From assembly GCF_001677475.2 (NCBI RefSeq), contig NZ_CP015229.1: 64,000 nt of DNA. One strand, written 5' to 3'. This DNA comes from Escherichia coli (GTDB taxonomy: Bacteria; Pseudomonadota; Gammaproteobacteria; Enterobacterales; Enterobacteriaceae). The notes beneath the pieces were generated by a model. That model did not search any database, was not told the DNA's origin, and saw only the letters and a program-made list of their open reading frames with translations. Position 1 is the first letter of the stretch. Every line of letters begins with the position of its first letter. Of the stretch, positions 48,060 through 63,938 are shown in pieces. The translations under genes were made by a program, and so were the position numbers.

Positions 48060-49268
48060 TCAGGCGTCGCGTTCAAGCAAACGACGCGCGGCGCGTTTCT
48101 GGCTAAACTGCCAACCCAGCGCAAGGAAAGTGAAGATGCCAATAATGCCCAGCATCATCCACGGAAGCTCTGGCTGGTGCGCCGATTTGCCTAGGTCAAA
48201 CAGCCAGCCACCACCGATATAACCAATAGCGCCGCCAATCGCCAGACCCAGACGGCTAAACCCCATATAGCTGCCGCGAGCTCTTGCGTCCGCCAGCGAA
48301 GCACTTAAGGTTTCTCGCGCAGGCTCGGCAATGATCGACCCGATATAAAACAGACAAATTAGAGTGAAAAGTTGTTGCAGGCCGCTGACCATGCCCACCG
48401 GCATCATGCTTAATGACATTATCAACAGCCCAGCCATCAACCGGTGTTCCAGACGAAAATGCTTTTCACTCCAGCGGGCGATAGGGTAGAGCAACGTTAA
48501 CGACAGACACGCTTCAATGGCATACATCCATTTAACGGCAGAGGGCGCGCCAGCCACGTCGTTGACCATAATTGGCAGCATCAGCATCACTTGTACAGCC
48601 AGCATGTAGTAACCCGCCAGCGTCAGAACATAGGTGACAAAACGCTTGTCGCGCATCACGCGGGTCATGCCTTCGCGAACGGGCGTGCGTACGGTGGAGA
48701 GTTTCCATGCTGGTAACAACCACGCATTGAACGCTGCACACAGCACAAACAAAACGGCCCCTGTGGCGCAGACCAGGCGAAAGTCGTATTGCAACAGCCA
48801 GCTCCCCAACAATGCGCCAATGACCGCACCGGCACTGTCCTGCATCATCAACAGCGAGAAAAAACGACCACGCTGTTGTGGACGGATTAGTTTCACCACC
48901 AGCGCCGAACGTGGCGGATCAAACAACGTGCCGCCGAGTCCCGAAAGCAGGCATGAAAACCATAATAGCCACGGTTCGTGGGCGATACCCATTGTGGCGA
49001 ATCCGGCGGCACGCATCAGCATACCGGTAACAATCATCGGTTTGGCACCAAAGCGGTCGGCAATTGCGCCGCCGAAAATACCCAGACCTTGCTGAATAAA
49101 CTGGCGTAGACCGAGAGCAATACCGACCATGACGGCGGCCCAGCCCATTTGATCAACGAAGCGGATAGAGATCAGCGGGAAGACAACAAAGAACCCCAGC
49201 ACGACCAGCATATTATCGATGAGCAGGAAATATTTACCCAGGTTCCTCGCCTGCGACACGCGGGACAT
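48060..49268 (-). CDS. mdtH: MFS multidrug resistance protein MdtH
   Basis: 402 aa starting [14 protein letters not shown]. Confidence 0.93.
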
Positions 49269-49503
49269 TTCCCCTCCCGGGAAATAAAAGATGAGCACTT
49301 TCTATTCTGCATTGCCGCTAAGACTTTTCCCATCACTTCGGGGACAATATTTTTTTATCAAAACGTCGCTTTGATAGAGAGTTTTTATCAAATATGTGAA
49401 TAATGCAGAAAATGGCATTTTGGACTTTTCACAGGGTCTGGTTGCGCAGGTATAGTAATACTTACAGCGTATTAAAGACGTTACGGGAAGGAGTAGGTAT
49501 AGA

Positions 49504-50746
<1,243 letters not shown>

Positions 50747-50747
50747 A

Positions 50748-51671
50748 GTGAAAAAATTACGTATCGGCGTAGTGGGATTAGGCGGCATTGCGCAAAAAGC
50801 GTGGTTACCGGTGCTGGCGGCAGCGTCTGACTGGACGATACAAGGAGCCTGGTCGCCTACGCGCGCGAAAGCCCTGCCAATTTGTGACAGCTGGCGCATT
50901 CCTTATGCTGATTCGTTATCCAGCCTTGCCGTCAGTTGCGATGCGGTTTTTGTGCATTCCAGCACCGCCAGCCACTTTGACGTGGTCAGTACGTTACTCA
51001 ATGCGGGGGTACATGTCTGTGTCGATAAACCGCTGGCAGAAAATCTGCGCGATGCTGAACGGCTGGTGGAACTGGCGGCGCGGAAAAAACTGACGTTGAT
51101 GGTCGGTTTTAACCGTCGTTTCGCACCACTCTACGGTGAGTTAAAAACGCAACTCGCCACCGCAGCCTCGCTAAGAATGGATAAACATCGTAGCAATAGC
51201 GTCGGGCCACACGATCTTTATTTCACGTTGCTGGATGATTATCTGCATGTGGTGGATACCGCGCTGTGGTTGTCGGGTGGTAAAGCCTCTCTGGATGGCG
51301 GTACGCTACTGACTAACGACGCTGGCGAAATGCTGTTTGCCGAGCACCATTTTTCGGCTGGTCCTTTGCAGATCACCACCTGTATGCATCGCCGTGCCGG
51401 AAGTCAGCGTGAAACCGTGCAGGCCGTTACTGACGGTGCGCTCATCGACATTACGGATATGCGCGAATGGCGTGAGGAGCGTGGGCAGGGTGTAGTGAAT
51501 AAACCGATTCCTGGTTGGCAGAGCACTCTTGAGCAACGTGGATTTGTCGGCTGTGCGCGGCACTTCATTGAATGTGTGCAAAATCAGACAGTTCCGCAAA
51601 CCGCCGGCGAACAGGCAGTGCTGGCGCAACGTATCGTTGACAAGATCTGGCGCGATGCGATGAGTGAATAA
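50748..51671 (+). CDS. yceM: Gfo/Idh/MocA-family oxidoreductase YceM (MviM)
   Basis: GTG start; KKLRIGVVGLGGIAQKAWLPVL Rossmann N-terminus; 307 aa. Confidence 0.9.
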   Translation: MKKLRIGVVGLGGIAQKAWLPVLAAASDWTIQGAWSPTRAKALPICDSWRIPYADSLSSLAVSCDAVFVHSSTASHFDVVSTLLNAGVHVCVDKPLAENLRDAERLVELAARKKLTLMVGFNRRFAPLYGELKTQLATAASLRMDKHRSNSVGPHDLYFTLLDDYLHVVDTALWLSGGKASLDGGTLLTNDAGEMLFAEHHFSAGPLQITTCMHRRAGSQRETVQAVTDGALIDITDMREWREERGQGVVNKPIPGWQSTLEQRGFVGCARHFIECVQNQTVPQTAGEQAVLAQRIVDKIWRDAMSE

Positions 51672-51693
51672 ACCCTGTAACATCTGGCGGTAG

Positions 51694-53316
<1,623 letters not shown>

Positions 53317-53355
53317 CAATGCATTCCGGCCTGCAGTGCAGGCCGGAGATAATCT

Positions 53356-53772
53356 TCAGATCGAAATCTTTTTACTGCCGCGATGGGGGGTTGAGGTCTG
53401 ACCGTTCGCCCCATATAGCGTCGGTTCCTGATGCGGTTTCAACATTTCCAGCGCCTGTTGATTGCGCTCAATCTGTCCTTCCAGTAACCAGCCGTTATGT
53501 TGATTCATTTGGCGTAGTTGCTGCGTTTTCACAGTAATTTCCTGCCAGCGTTGACTAATATCAACGCTATTTGCTGTATTGGGTTCTTTCCTGCGTAACT
53601 GTTCGAGGTAATCCAGCGTCGCCAGCAGTGAGCTTTTTTGTTCTGTAATCCATTGCAACTGGCTGCCGTTGATCTGCCCCATAGAGAGATGTTGCTGCTC
53701 TTGATCCATTACCGTTTTGAGATCGTTAAGCACAGCGGACATCTGGTCGAGGATCTCTGCAAGACGCGTCAT
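53356..53772 (-). CDS. flgN: Flagellar export chaperone FlgN
   Basis: 138 aa; conserved position. Confidence 0.95.
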   Translation of the reverse strand: MTRLAEILDQMSAVLNDLKTVMDQEQQHLSMGQINGSQLQWITEQKSSLLATLDYLEQLRRKEPNTANSVDISQRWQEITVKTQQLRQMNQHNGWLLEGQIERNQQALEMLKPHQEPTLYGANGQTSTPHRGSKKISI

Positions 53773-53776
53773 ACGA

Positions 53777-54070
53777 TCAGTTACTCTGCAAGTCTTGCTG
53801 AGCTTCGTTGATCAGCGCATCGGCAATTTTGCCGGTGTCCATTTTTAGTTCACCGTTACGAATCGCCAGTTTTAACGCTTCGACACGTTCAAGATTGATA
53901 TCACTGCTGCCGGGTTGCATCAGTTTTGCTTGCGCGTCGCTTAACGTCACACTGGTGCTGGTGGAGGCTGTTGTTTTTGCCGCCCGGGTGTTCGTTACCG
54001 GCGCGTCAGTGGTTTCGCGCGGTTGAACGGTGCTTACGGGCTTCAGAGGCGAAGTGCGATCAATACTCAT
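53777..54070 (-). CDS. flgM: Anti-sigma-28 factor FlgM
   Basis: 97 aa; conserved position. Confidence 0.95.
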   Translation of the reverse strand: MSIDRTSPLKPVSTVQPRETTDAPVTNTRAAKTTASTSTSVTLSDAQAKLMQPGSSDINLERVEALKLAIRNGELKMDTGKIADALINEAQQDLQSN

Positions 54071-54145
54071 GGTTTATTCCTCATTGAGGGCGCTTTTATC
54101 ATGTGTTGCTTATTTATCGGCAAGGGACGGGTAATCTTTAACAGC

Positions 54146-54805
54146 TTACAGGTTTATAAGAATATTCCCATCTGCATCAACAACGCCGCTGACCACCAGT
54201 CCCGATACCATGCGCACCCGCGCATTCTGTGCGACGGCTGCATTGTTTAGCGCCTGACCTTCTGCGTTGGCGCTAAACCCGTCACCGCTGGCGATCACGT
54301 TGACGCGTTGTCCCGCTTTTACCCGCCATGCCTGGCGAAACTGGGTTAACTGGATAGGTTGATCGGGTGATAGATCGCGCAGGCTAACGGCATCAACAAG
54401 TTGATTGATATCCAGCACCGTACGCGGTGGCAAGGTGTCCAGCCGTCCGCGTTTCAGTTTGACATTGCCAGCTTCCAGCTTTCCTCCCCGCACAATGGGC
54501 ATTGCGGCAACCACATAATTTCCTGTGGCCTGCACATTAACCTGTAAATATCGTTTGTCGTTACCGCAGCGTGCCAACACATTCACATTGCCCCACAGGC
54601 GGGAATTATTGCTCATCGAAAGCAATGGCTGCTCGCACGGCGGTAGTAGATTGGGCGCTGTACGAATAGAAACACGAACCTCATCACTTACCCCCGCGAG
54701 CTGGGCGCTAAAAAAGGTGTGCAATTGCGATGTGAGATTGCTCGCCGCACTTAACGGACTGAACAGTATCGCTATGATCGCCACGCTACGTTTTATTGCC
54801 AGCAT
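54146..54805 (-). CDS. flgA: Flagellar P-ring assembly chaperone FlgA
   Basis: 219 aa from MLAIKRSVAIIAILFSP. Confidence 0.9.
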   Translation of the reverse strand: MLAIKRSVAIIAILFSPLSAASNLTSQLHTFFSAQLAGVSDEVRVSIRTAPNLLPPCEQPLLSMSNNSRLWGNVNVLARCGNDKRYLQVNVQATGNYVVAAMPIVRGGKLEAGNVKLKRGRLDTLPPRTVLDINQLVDAVSLRDLSPDQPIQLTQFRQAWRVKAGQRVNVIASGDGFSANAEGQALNNAAVAQNARVRMVSGLVVSGVVDADGNILINL

Positions 54806-54960
54806 TTTCGCCCCCCAGCCATTTCTACAACGTGAATTGTACCTGTCCGCAATGACCATCAACGGCATAAATAGCGACCCATTTTGCGTTTATTCCGCCG
54901 ATAACGCGCGCGTAAAGGCATTTAAGCTGATGGCAGAATTTTGATACCTGCGGAGGAGAT

Positions 54961-55377
54961 ATGCTCGATAAGCTCGACGCCGCCTTACGTTTTCAACAAG
55001 AGGCGCTCAATCTGCGCGCCCAGCGTCAGGAAGTGCTGGCAGCAAACATCGCCAATGCCGATACCCCTGGTTATCAGGCTCGCGATATCGATTTTGCCAG
55101 TGAACTTAAAAAAGTCATGCAACGTGGACGGGATGCAACAAGCGTGGTTGCACTGACGATGACCTCAACGCAACACATTCCGGCGCAGGCGCTGACGCCT
55201 CCTACCGCAGAACTGCAATACCGTATTCCGGACCAGCCCTCGCTGGATGGTAATACCGTCGATATGGATCGCGAACGCACTCAGTTTGCCGATAACAGCC
55301 TGCAATACCAGATGAGCCTTAGCGCGTTGAGCGGGCAAATCAAAGGCATGATGAACGTTTTACAGAGCGGAAATTAA
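54961..55377 (+). CDS. flgB: Flagellar basal-body rod protein FlgB
   Basis: 138 aa. Confidence 0.95.
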
Positions 55378-55380
55378 CGG

Positions 55381-55785
55381 ATGGCACTGCTGAATATTTT
55401 TGATATCGCCGGGTCGGCGTTAACTGCCCAGTCCCAGCGCCTGAACGTGGCGGCCAGTAATCTGGCGAATGCTGATAGCGTGACCGGTCCCGATGGACAG
55501 CCATATCGGGCAAAACAGGTGGTATTTCAGGTTAACGCTGCGCCAGGTGCTGCGACAGGCGGCGTAAAGGTGGCCGATGTTATAGAAAGTCAGGCCCCGG
55601 ACAAACTAGTTTATGAACCGGGTAATCCGCTGGCGGATGCAAAGGGCTACGTGAAAATGCCAAACGTTGATGTCGTCGGGGAGATGGTTAACACCATGTC
55701 GGCGTCACGCAGCTATCAGGCCAATGTTGAAGTGCTCAACACGGTGAAAAGCATGATGCTGAAAACCCTTACGCTCGGTCAATAA
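55381..55785 (+). CDS. flgC: Flagellar basal-body rod protein FlgC
   Basis: 134 aa. Confidence 0.95.
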
Positions 55786-55796
55786 AGGAGAAAGCT

Positions 55797-56492
55797 ATGT
55801 CCATTGCGGTAACCACAACCGATCCGACAAATACCGGCGTCAGCACCACCAGCAGTAGTTCGCTCACGGGCAGCAACGCCGCAGATTTACAAAGCAGTTT
55901 TCTGACTTTGCTGGTGGCGCAGCTGAAAAACCAGGACCCGACCAATCCAATGGAAAACAACGAGCTGACGTCGCAATTGGCACAAATCAGCACGGTTAGC
56001 GGGATTGAAAAACTCAATACCACGCTCGGATCTATTTCCGGACAGATTGATAACAGCCAGTCGTTACAGGCCAGTAACCTGATCGGTCACGGCGTGATGA
56101 TCCCCGGCACCACTGTTCTTGCGGGAACCGGCAGTGAAGAAGGGGCTGTGACCACGACCACGCCGTTTGGTGTTGAGTTGCAACAGGCGGCAGACAAAGT
56201 TACGGCCACCATCACCGATAAAAATGGCGCGGTTGTGCGCACCATTGATATTGGTGAACTGACCGCCGGAGTCCACAGTTTCACCTGGGACGGTACGTTG
56301 ACTGACGGCAGCACTGCGCCGAACGGTTCTTACAACGTAGCGATTAGCGCCAGTAACGGTGGTACACAACTGGTTGCCCAGCCGCTGCAGTTTGCTCTGG
56401 TGCAGGGTGTGATCCGCGGCAACAACGGTAATACGCTGGATCTCGGCACTTACGGCACCACCACCCTCGACGAAGTACGGCAGATAATTTAA
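55797..56492 (+). CDS. flgD: Flagellar hook capping protein FlgD
   Basis: 231 aa. Confidence 0.95.
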   Translation: MSIAVTTTDPTNTGVSTTSSSSLTGSNAADLQSSFLTLLVAQLKNQDPTNPMENNELTSQLAQISTVSGIEKLNTTLGSISGQIDNSQSLQASNLIGHGVMIPGTTVLAGTGSEEGAVTTTTPFGVELQQAADKVTATITDKNGAVVRTIDIGELTAGVHSFTWDGTLTDGSTAPNGSYNVAISASNGGTQLVAQPLQFALVQGVIRGNNGNTLDLGTYGTTTLDEVRQII

Positions 56493-56516
56493 GCCTTCAC
56501 ATTTCAGGAGTCAGTC

Positions 56517-57722
56517 ATGGCCTTTTCTCAAGCGGTTAGCGGATTAAACGCTGCCGCCACCAACCTCGATGTTATTGGCAACAATATCGCCAACTCCGCC
56601 ACCTACGGCTTTAAATCAGGCACGGCCTCTTTTGCCGATATGTTTGCCGGTTCGAAAGTGGGACTGGGGGTAAAAGTTGCTGGTATCACTCAGGACTTTA
56701 CCGATGGCACGACCACCAACACCGGGCGTGGTCTGGACGTTGCTATCAGCCAGAACGGTTTTTTCCGTCTGGTAGACAGCAACGGTTCGGTGTTCTACAG
56801 CCGTAACGGACAATTTAAGCTGGATGAAAATCGTAACCTGGTGAATATGCAAGGTTTACAGCTGACGGGTTACCCGGCAACCGGTACGCCGCCGACTATT
56901 CAGCAAGGGGCGAATCCGACTAACATTTCGATCCCGAATACCCTGATGGCAGCGAAAACTACCACCACTGCGTCGATGCAGATCAACCTGAATTCCAGCG
57001 ATCCGCTTCCCTCTGTTAACGCATTTGATGCCAGCAATGAGGATAGCTATAACAAAAAAGGTTCGGTGACTGTTTTCGATAGTCAGGGTAATGCTCATGA
57101 CATGAGCGTCTACTTTGTGAAGACCGGGGATAATAACTGGGAGGTTTACACCCAGGATAGCAGTGATCCAACAGGCACAGCTGACCATGCAATGACGCTG
57201 GTGTTTAATGCCAATGGCGTTCTGACGTCAAATCCAACAGAGAATATTACAACTGGCGCAATTAACGGTGCAGAACCCGCCACGTTTAGCCTGAGCTTCC
57301 TCAACTCCATGCAGCAAAATACTGGCGCTAACAACATTGTGGCAACCACCCAAAATGGCTACAAACCGGGCGATCTGGTGAGTTATCAAATCAATGATGA
57401 CGGTACGGTTGTTGGCAACTATTCCAACGAACAAACCCAACTGCTGGGGCAGATTGTACTGGCGAACTTTGCCAACAACGAAGGTCTGGCATCCGAAGGC
57501 GACAACGTCTGGTCTGCGACGCAATCTTCTGGCGTGGCGCTGTTGGGGACAGCCGGGACGGGCAACTTTGGCACCCTGACCAACGGTGCGCTGGAAGCGT
57601 CCAACGTCGATCTCAGTAAAGAACTGGTCAATATGATCGTTGCCCAGCGTAACTATCAATCTAACGCCCAGACCATCAAAACCCAGGACCAGATCCTCAA
57701 CACGCTGGTTAACTTACGCTAA
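56517..57722 (+). CDS. flgE: Flagellar hook protein FlgE
   Basis: 401 aa; MAFSQAVSGLNAAATNLDVIGNNIANS. Confidence 0.95.
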   Translation: MAFSQAVSGLNAAATNLDVIGNNIANSATYGFKSGTASFADMFAGSKVGLGVKVAGITQDFTDGTTTNTGRGLDVAISQNGFFRLVDSNGSVFYSRNGQFKLDENRNLVNMQGLQLTGYPATGTPPTIQQGANPTNISIPNTLMAAKTTTTASMQINLNSSDPLPSVNAFDASNEDSYNKKGSVTVFDSQGNAHDMSVYFVKTGDNNWEVYTQDSSDPTGTADHAMTLVFNANGVLTSNPTENITTGAINGAEPATFSLSFLNSMQQNTGANNIVATTQNGYKPGDLVSYQINDDGTVVGNYSNEQTQLLGQIVLANFANNEGLASEGDNVWSATQSSGVALLGTAGTGNFGTLTNGALEASNVDLSKELVNMIVAQRNYQSNAQTIKTQDQILNTLVNLR

Positions 57723-57741
57723 TCGCTGACGGGATAGCTCA

Positions 57742-58497
57742 ATGGATCACGCAATTTATACCGCGATGGGAGCAGCCAGTCAGACGCTGAATCAACAGGC
57801 GGTAACCGCCAGTAATCTGGCCAATGCCTCTACGCCCGGTTTTCGCGCGCAGTTAAACGCCTTGCGCGCAGTGCCGGTGGAAGGGCTTTCACTGCCCACG
57901 CGCACGCTGGTAACGGCGTCAACACCGGGTGCAGACATGACGCCCGGCAAGATGGATTACACCTCGCGCCCGCTGGACGTTGCGTTGCAGCAGGATGGCT
58001 GGCTGGCCGTGCAGACCGCTGACGGCAGCGAAGGGTATACGCGTAATGGCAGCATTCAGGTTGATCCCACCGGGCAACTGACAATTCAGGGGCATCAGGT
58101 GATAGGCGAGGCGGGGCCAATTGCTGTGCCGGAAGGGGCGGAAATCACTATTGCTGCCGATGGCACAATCTCGGCGCTCAATCCGGGCGATCCGGCAAAT
58201 ACGGTTGCGCCAGTAGGGCGTCTGAAACTGGTGAAAGCCACGGGCAGCGAAGTGCAGCGCGGTGACGACGGCATTTTTCGTTTAAGCGCAGAAACCCAGG
58301 CCACGCGTGGGCCTGTACTGCAGGCAGATCCAACCTTGCGTGTGATGTCGGGTGTTCTGGAAGGCAGTAACGTCAATGCCGTTGCGGCAATGAGCGACAT
58401 GATTGCCAGCGCGCGGCGTTTTGAAATGCAGATGAAGGTGATCAGCAGCGTCGATGATAACGCAGGCCGTGCCAACCAACTGCTGTCGATGAGTTAA
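57742..58497 (+). CDS. flgF: Flagellar proximal rod protein FlgF
   Basis: 251 aa. Confidence 0.95.
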   Translation: MDHAIYTAMGAASQTLNQQAVTASNLANASTPGFRAQLNALRAVPVEGLSLPTRTLVTASTPGADMTPGKMDYTSRPLDVALQQDGWLAVQTADGSEGYTRNGSIQVDPTGQLTIQGHQVIGEAGPIAVPEGAEITIAADGTISALNPGDPANTVAPVGRLKLVKATGSEVQRGDDGIFRLSAETQATRGPVLQADPTLRVMSGVLEGSNVNAVAAMSDMIASARRFEMQMKVISSVDDNAGRANQLLSMS

Positions 58498-58571
58498 TTG
58501 AACGATTGATGACATTGCAATAAAAGCGAGCGGACTATTCCCTCGCCCCTTTGGGGAGAGGGTTAGGGTGA

Positions 58572-59417
<846 letters not shown>

Positions 59418-59469
59418 GGCATAACCGGTGGCAGGTTCACCGGTTTACTGATTTTTGAAGATGATAGCC

Positions 59470-60168
59470 ATGCAAAAAAACGCTGCGCATACTTATGCCA
59501 TATCCAGTTTGTTGGTGCTTTCACTAACCGGCTGCGCCTGGATACCCTCCACGCCGCTGGTGCAGGGGGCGACCAGTGCACAACCGGTTCCCGGTCCGAC
59601 GCCCGTCGCCAACGGTTCTATTTTCCAGTCTGCTCAGCCGATTAACTATGGCTATCAACCGCTGTTTGAAGATCGTCGACCACGCAATATTGGCGATACG
59701 CTGACCATCGTGTTGCAGGAGAACGTCAGCGCCAGCAAAAGCTCCTCTGCAAATGCCAGCCGTGACGGTAAAACTAATTTTGGCTTTGATACTGTGCCGC
59801 GCTATTTGCAGGGGCTGTTTGGTAACGCTCGTGCCGATGTCGAAGCCTCCGGTGGTAACACGTTCAACGGAAAGGGCGGGGCCAATGCCAGCAATACCTT
59901 TAGCGGCACGTTGACGGTGACGGTTGACCAGGTACTGGTCAACGGCAACCTGCATGTGGTGGGTGAAAAACAGATTGCCATTAATCAGGGTACCGAATTT
60001 ATTCGCTTCTCTGGCGTGGTTAATCCACGCACTATCAGCGGCAGCAATACCGTACCGTCTACTCAGGTGGCGGATGCGCGTATTGAATACGTAGGCAATG
60101 GCTACATTAACGAAGCGCAAAATATGGGCTGGTTGCAGCGTTTCTTCCTTAACCTGTCGCCAATGTAA
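59470..60168 (+). CDS. flgH: Flagellar L-ring lipoprotein FlgH
   Basis: 232 aa; [22 protein letters not shown] lipobox. Confidence 0.93.
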
Positions 60169-60179
60169 GTGAGGCTGTG

Positions 60180-61277
60180 GTGATTAAATTTCTCTCTGCA
60201 TTAATTCTTCTACTGGTTACGACGGCGGCTCAGGCTGAGCGTATTCGCGATCTCACCAGTGTTCAGGGGGTAAGGCAAAACTCACTGATTGGCTATGGTC
60301 TGGTGGTGGGGCTGGATGGCACCGGTGACCAGACAACCCAGACGCCGTTTACCACACAAACGCTTAATAACATGCTCTCACAGCTGGGAATTACCGTTCC
60401 GACGGGCACCAATATGCAGCTAAAAAACGTCGCTGCGGTAATGGTGACAGCGTCACTTCCGCCGTTTGGACGTCAGGGGCAAACCATCGATGTGGTGGTT
60501 TCTTCCATGGGTAATGCCAAAAGCTTGCGTGGAGGTACGTTGTTGATGACACCGCTTAAGGGCGTTGACAGTCAGGTGTATGCGCTGGCACAGGGCAATA
60601 TTCTGGTTGGCGGCGCAGGGGCCTCCGCTGGCGGTAGCAGTGTTCAGGTGAACCAACTGAACGGTGGACGGATCACCAATGGTGCGGTTATTGAACGTGA
60701 ATTGCCCAGCCAGTTTGGCGTCGGGAATACCCTTAATTTGCAACTTAACGACGAAGATTTCAGCATGGCGCAGCAAATCGCTGACACCATCAACCGCGTG
60801 CGTGGATATGGCAGCGCCACCGCGTTAGATGCGCGGACTATTCAGGTGCGCGTACCGAGTGGCAACAGTTCCCAGGTCCGCTTCCTTGCCGATATCCAGA
60901 ATATGCAGGTTAATGTCACCCCGCAGGACGCTAAAGTAGTGATTAACTCGCGCACCGGTTCGGTGGTGATGAATCGCGAAGTGACCCTCGACAGCTGCGC
61001 GGTAGCGCAGGGGAATCTCTCGGTTACAGTCAATCGTCAGGCCAATGTCAGCCAGCCAGATACACCGTTTGGTGGTGGGCAGACTGTGGTTACTCCACAA
61101 ACGCAGATCGATTTACGCCAGAGCGGCGGTTCGTTGCAAAGCGTACGTTCCAGCGCCAGCCTCAATAACGTGGTGCGCGCGCTCAATGCGCTGGGCGCTA
61201 CGCCGATGGATCTGATGTCTATTTTGCAATCAATGCAAAGTGCGGGATGTCTGCGGGCAAAACTGGAAATCATCTGA
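60180..61277 (+). CDS. flgI: Flagellar P-ring protein FlgI
   Basis: GTG start; 365 aa. Confidence 0.93.
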
Positions 61278-62218
61278 TGATCAGCGACAGCAAACTACTG
61301 GCAAGTGCGGCCTGGGATGCGCAATCACTCAACGAACTAAAGGCGAAAGCGGGCGAAGATCCGGCGGCAAATATCCGTCCGGTGGCCCGCCAGGTGGAAG
61401 GGATGTTCGTGCAGATGATGTTGAAAAGCATGCGCGACGCTTTACCAAAAGATGGTCTGTTCAGCAGCGAGCACACTCGCCTGTATACCAGTATGTATGA
61501 CCAGCAAATTGCCCAACAGATGACGGCGGGCAAAGGTCTGGGGCTTGCTGAGATGATGGTTAAACAGATGACGCCAGAACAACCATTGCCAGAGGAGCCC
61601 ACGCCAGCAGCACCGATGAAATTCCCGCTCGAAACCGTGGTGCGTTATCAAAATCAGACGCTTTCGCAGCTGGTGCAAAAGGCCGTACCACGTAACTACG
61701 ATGATTCGCTGCCGGGTGACAGTAAAGCATTCCTCGCGCAACTCTCGCTGCCCGCCCAACTGGCAAGCCAGCAAAGCGGTGTGCCACATCATTTGATCCT
61801 CGCTCAGGCGGCGCTGGAATCTGGTTGGGGGCAACGGCAAATCCGCCGCGAAAACGGCGAGCCGAGCTATAACCTGTTTGGTGTCAAAGCCTCTGGCAAC
61901 TGGAAAGGGCCAGTCACTGAAATCACCACGACTGAATATGAAAATGGGGAAGCGAAGAAAGTAAAAGCGAAGTTTCGGGTCTACAGCTCGTATCTGGAAG
62001 CATTGTCGGATTACGTTGGGCTGTTAACGCGTAACCCGCGCTACGCCGCCGTGACGACCGCCACGAGTGCGGAGCAGGGGGCGCAGGCCCTACAGGACGC
62101 GGGCTATGCCACCGATCCTCACTATGCCCGCAAACTCACCAACATGATTCAGCAGATGAAATCGATAAGCGACAAGGTGAGCCAAACCTACAGCATGAAC
62201 ATTAATAATCTGTTCTGA
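61277..62218 (+). CDS. flgJ: Flagellar rod assembly protein / peptidoglycan hydrolase FlgJ
   Basis: 313 aa; start overlaps flgI stop. Confidence 0.93.
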   Translation: MISDSKLLASAAWDAQSLNELKAKAGEDPAANIRPVARQVEGMFVQMMLKSMRDALPKDGLFSSEHTRLYTSMYDQQIAQQMTAGKGLGLAEMMVKQMTPEQPLPEEPTPAAPMKFPLETVVRYQNQTLSQLVQKAVPRNYDDSLPGDSKAFLAQLSLPAQLASQQSGVPHHLILAQAALESGWGQRQIRRENGEPSYNLFGVKASGNWKGPVTEITTTEYENGEAKKVKAKFRVYSSYLEALSDYVGLLTRNPRYAAVTTATSAEQGAQALQDAGYATDPHYARKLTNMIQQMKSISDKVSQTYSMNINNLF

Positions 62219-62283
62219 ATAATTCAAGTCCGGCGGGTCGCTGCCGATAATACTCTGTAATTGAAGGCTTATAAGGAACCTCC

Positions 62284-63927
62284 ATGTCCAGCTTGATCAA
62301 TAACGCCATGAGCGGACTGAACGCGGCCCAGGCGGCGTTAAATACGGCAAGTAATAATATTTCCAGCTATAACGTTGCCGGATATACCCGCCAAACCACT
62401 ATTATGGCGCAGGCCAATAGCACGTTGGGCGCTGGCGGCTGGGTTGGCAATGGTGTCTACGTTTCTGGTGTGCAGCGTGAGTATGATGCGTTTATTACCA
62501 ACCAGTTACGTGCGGCGCAGACGCAAAGTAGCGGCCTGACTGCCCGCTATGAGCAGATGTCGAAAATCGACAATATGCTCTCCACCAGTACCTCTTCGCT
62601 GGCAACACAGATGCAGGATTTCTTCACCAGCCTGCAAACGCTGGTGAGTAACGCGGAAGACCCGGCAGCGCGCCAGGCGCTGATTGGGAAATCAGAAGGG
62701 TTGGTGAATCAGTTTAAAACCACCGATCAATATCTGCGCGACCAGGACAAACAGGTCAATATTGCGATAGGTGCCAGCGTTGATCAGATCAACAATTACG
62801 CTAAACAAATCGCCAGCCTGAACGATCAAATCTCGCGCCTGACAGGCGTGGGGGCAGGGGCGTCACCTAACAATCTGCTGGATCAACGCGATCAACTGGT
62901 GAGCGAATTAAACCAGATTGTTGGTGTAGAAGTCAGCGTTCAGGATGGCGGTACTTATAACATCACGATGGCCAATGGTTACTCACTGGTTCAGGGAAGT
63001 ACGGCTCGGCAACTGGCGACAGTTCTTTCCAGCGCTGACCCTTCTCGTACGACTGTAGCTTATGTTGATGGGACGGCAGGCAATATTGAGATCCCGGAGA
63101 AATTACTGAATACCGGGTCGCTGGGCGGCATTCTGACATTCCGTTCTCAGGATCTGGACCAGACGCGTAATACGCTTGGACAACTGGCGCTGGCATTTGC
63201 CGAGGCTTTCAACACCCAACACAAAGCCGGATTTGATGCCAACGGCGATGCCGGTGAAGATTTCTTTGCTATTGGTAAGCCCGCGGTTCTGCAAAACACG
63301 AAAAACAAAGGTGACGTTGCGATCGGTGCCACGGTAACTGATGCCTCCGCGGTACTGGCGACAGATTACAAAATCTCGTTCAATAATAATCAGTGGCAGG
63401 TCACCCGCCTTGCCAGCAATACCACTTTTACGGTGACGCCGGATGCCAACGGTAAAGTGGCATTTGATGGTCTGGAGTTGACGTTTACAGGAACGCCTGC
63501 TGTTAACGACAGTTTCACGCTGAAACCGGTAAGTGACACCATCGTCAACATGGATGTATTAATCACCGACGAAGCGAAAATCGCCATGGCGAGCGAAGAA
63601 GATGCGGGTGATAGCGACAACCGCAACGGTCAGGCCCTGCTGGATCTGCAAAGCAACAGTAAAACGGTGGGCGGTGCAAAATCCTTTAACGACGCTTATG
63701 CCTCGTTAGTGAGTGATATCGGTAATAAAACCGCGACGTTGAAAACCAGTAGCACCACGCAAGGTAATGTGGTGACGCAGCTTTCCAATCAGCAGCAGTC
63801 GATTTCCGGTGTCAATCTCGATGAGGAGTACGGAAATCTGCAACGTTTTCAGCAGTATTACCTGGCGAATGCGCAGGTTCTGCAGACGGCAAACGCGATT
63901 TTTGATGCACTGATTAACATTCGCTAA
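62284..63927 (+). CDS. flgK: Flagellar hook-associated protein 1 FlgK
   Basis: 547 aa. Confidence 0.95.
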   Translation: MSSLINNAMSGLNAAQAALNTASNNISSYNVAGYTRQTTIMAQANSTLGAGGWVGNGVYVSGVQREYDAFITNQLRAAQTQSSGLTARYEQMSKIDNMLSTSTSSLATQMQDFFTSLQTLVSNAEDPAARQALIGKSEGLVNQFKTTDQYLRDQDKQVNIAIGASVDQINNYAKQIASLNDQISRLTGVGAGASPNNLLDQRDQLVSELNQIVGVEVSVQDGGTYNITMANGYSLVQGSTARQLATVLSSADPSRTTVAYVDGTAGNIEIPEKLLNTGSLGGILTFRSQDLDQTRNTLGQLALAFAEAFNTQHKAGFDANGDAGEDFFAIGKPAVLQNTKNKGDVAIGATVTDASAVLATDYKISFNNNQWQVTRLASNTTFTVTPDANGKVAFDGLELTFTGTPAVNDSFTLKPVSDTIVNMDVLITDEAKIAMASEEDAGDSDNRNGQALLDLQSNSKTVGGAKSFNDAYASLVSDIGNKTATLKTSSTTQGNVVTQLSNQQQSISGVNLDEEYGNLQRFQQYYLANAQVLQTANAIFDALINIR

Positions 63928-63938
63928 GGGGAGATAAT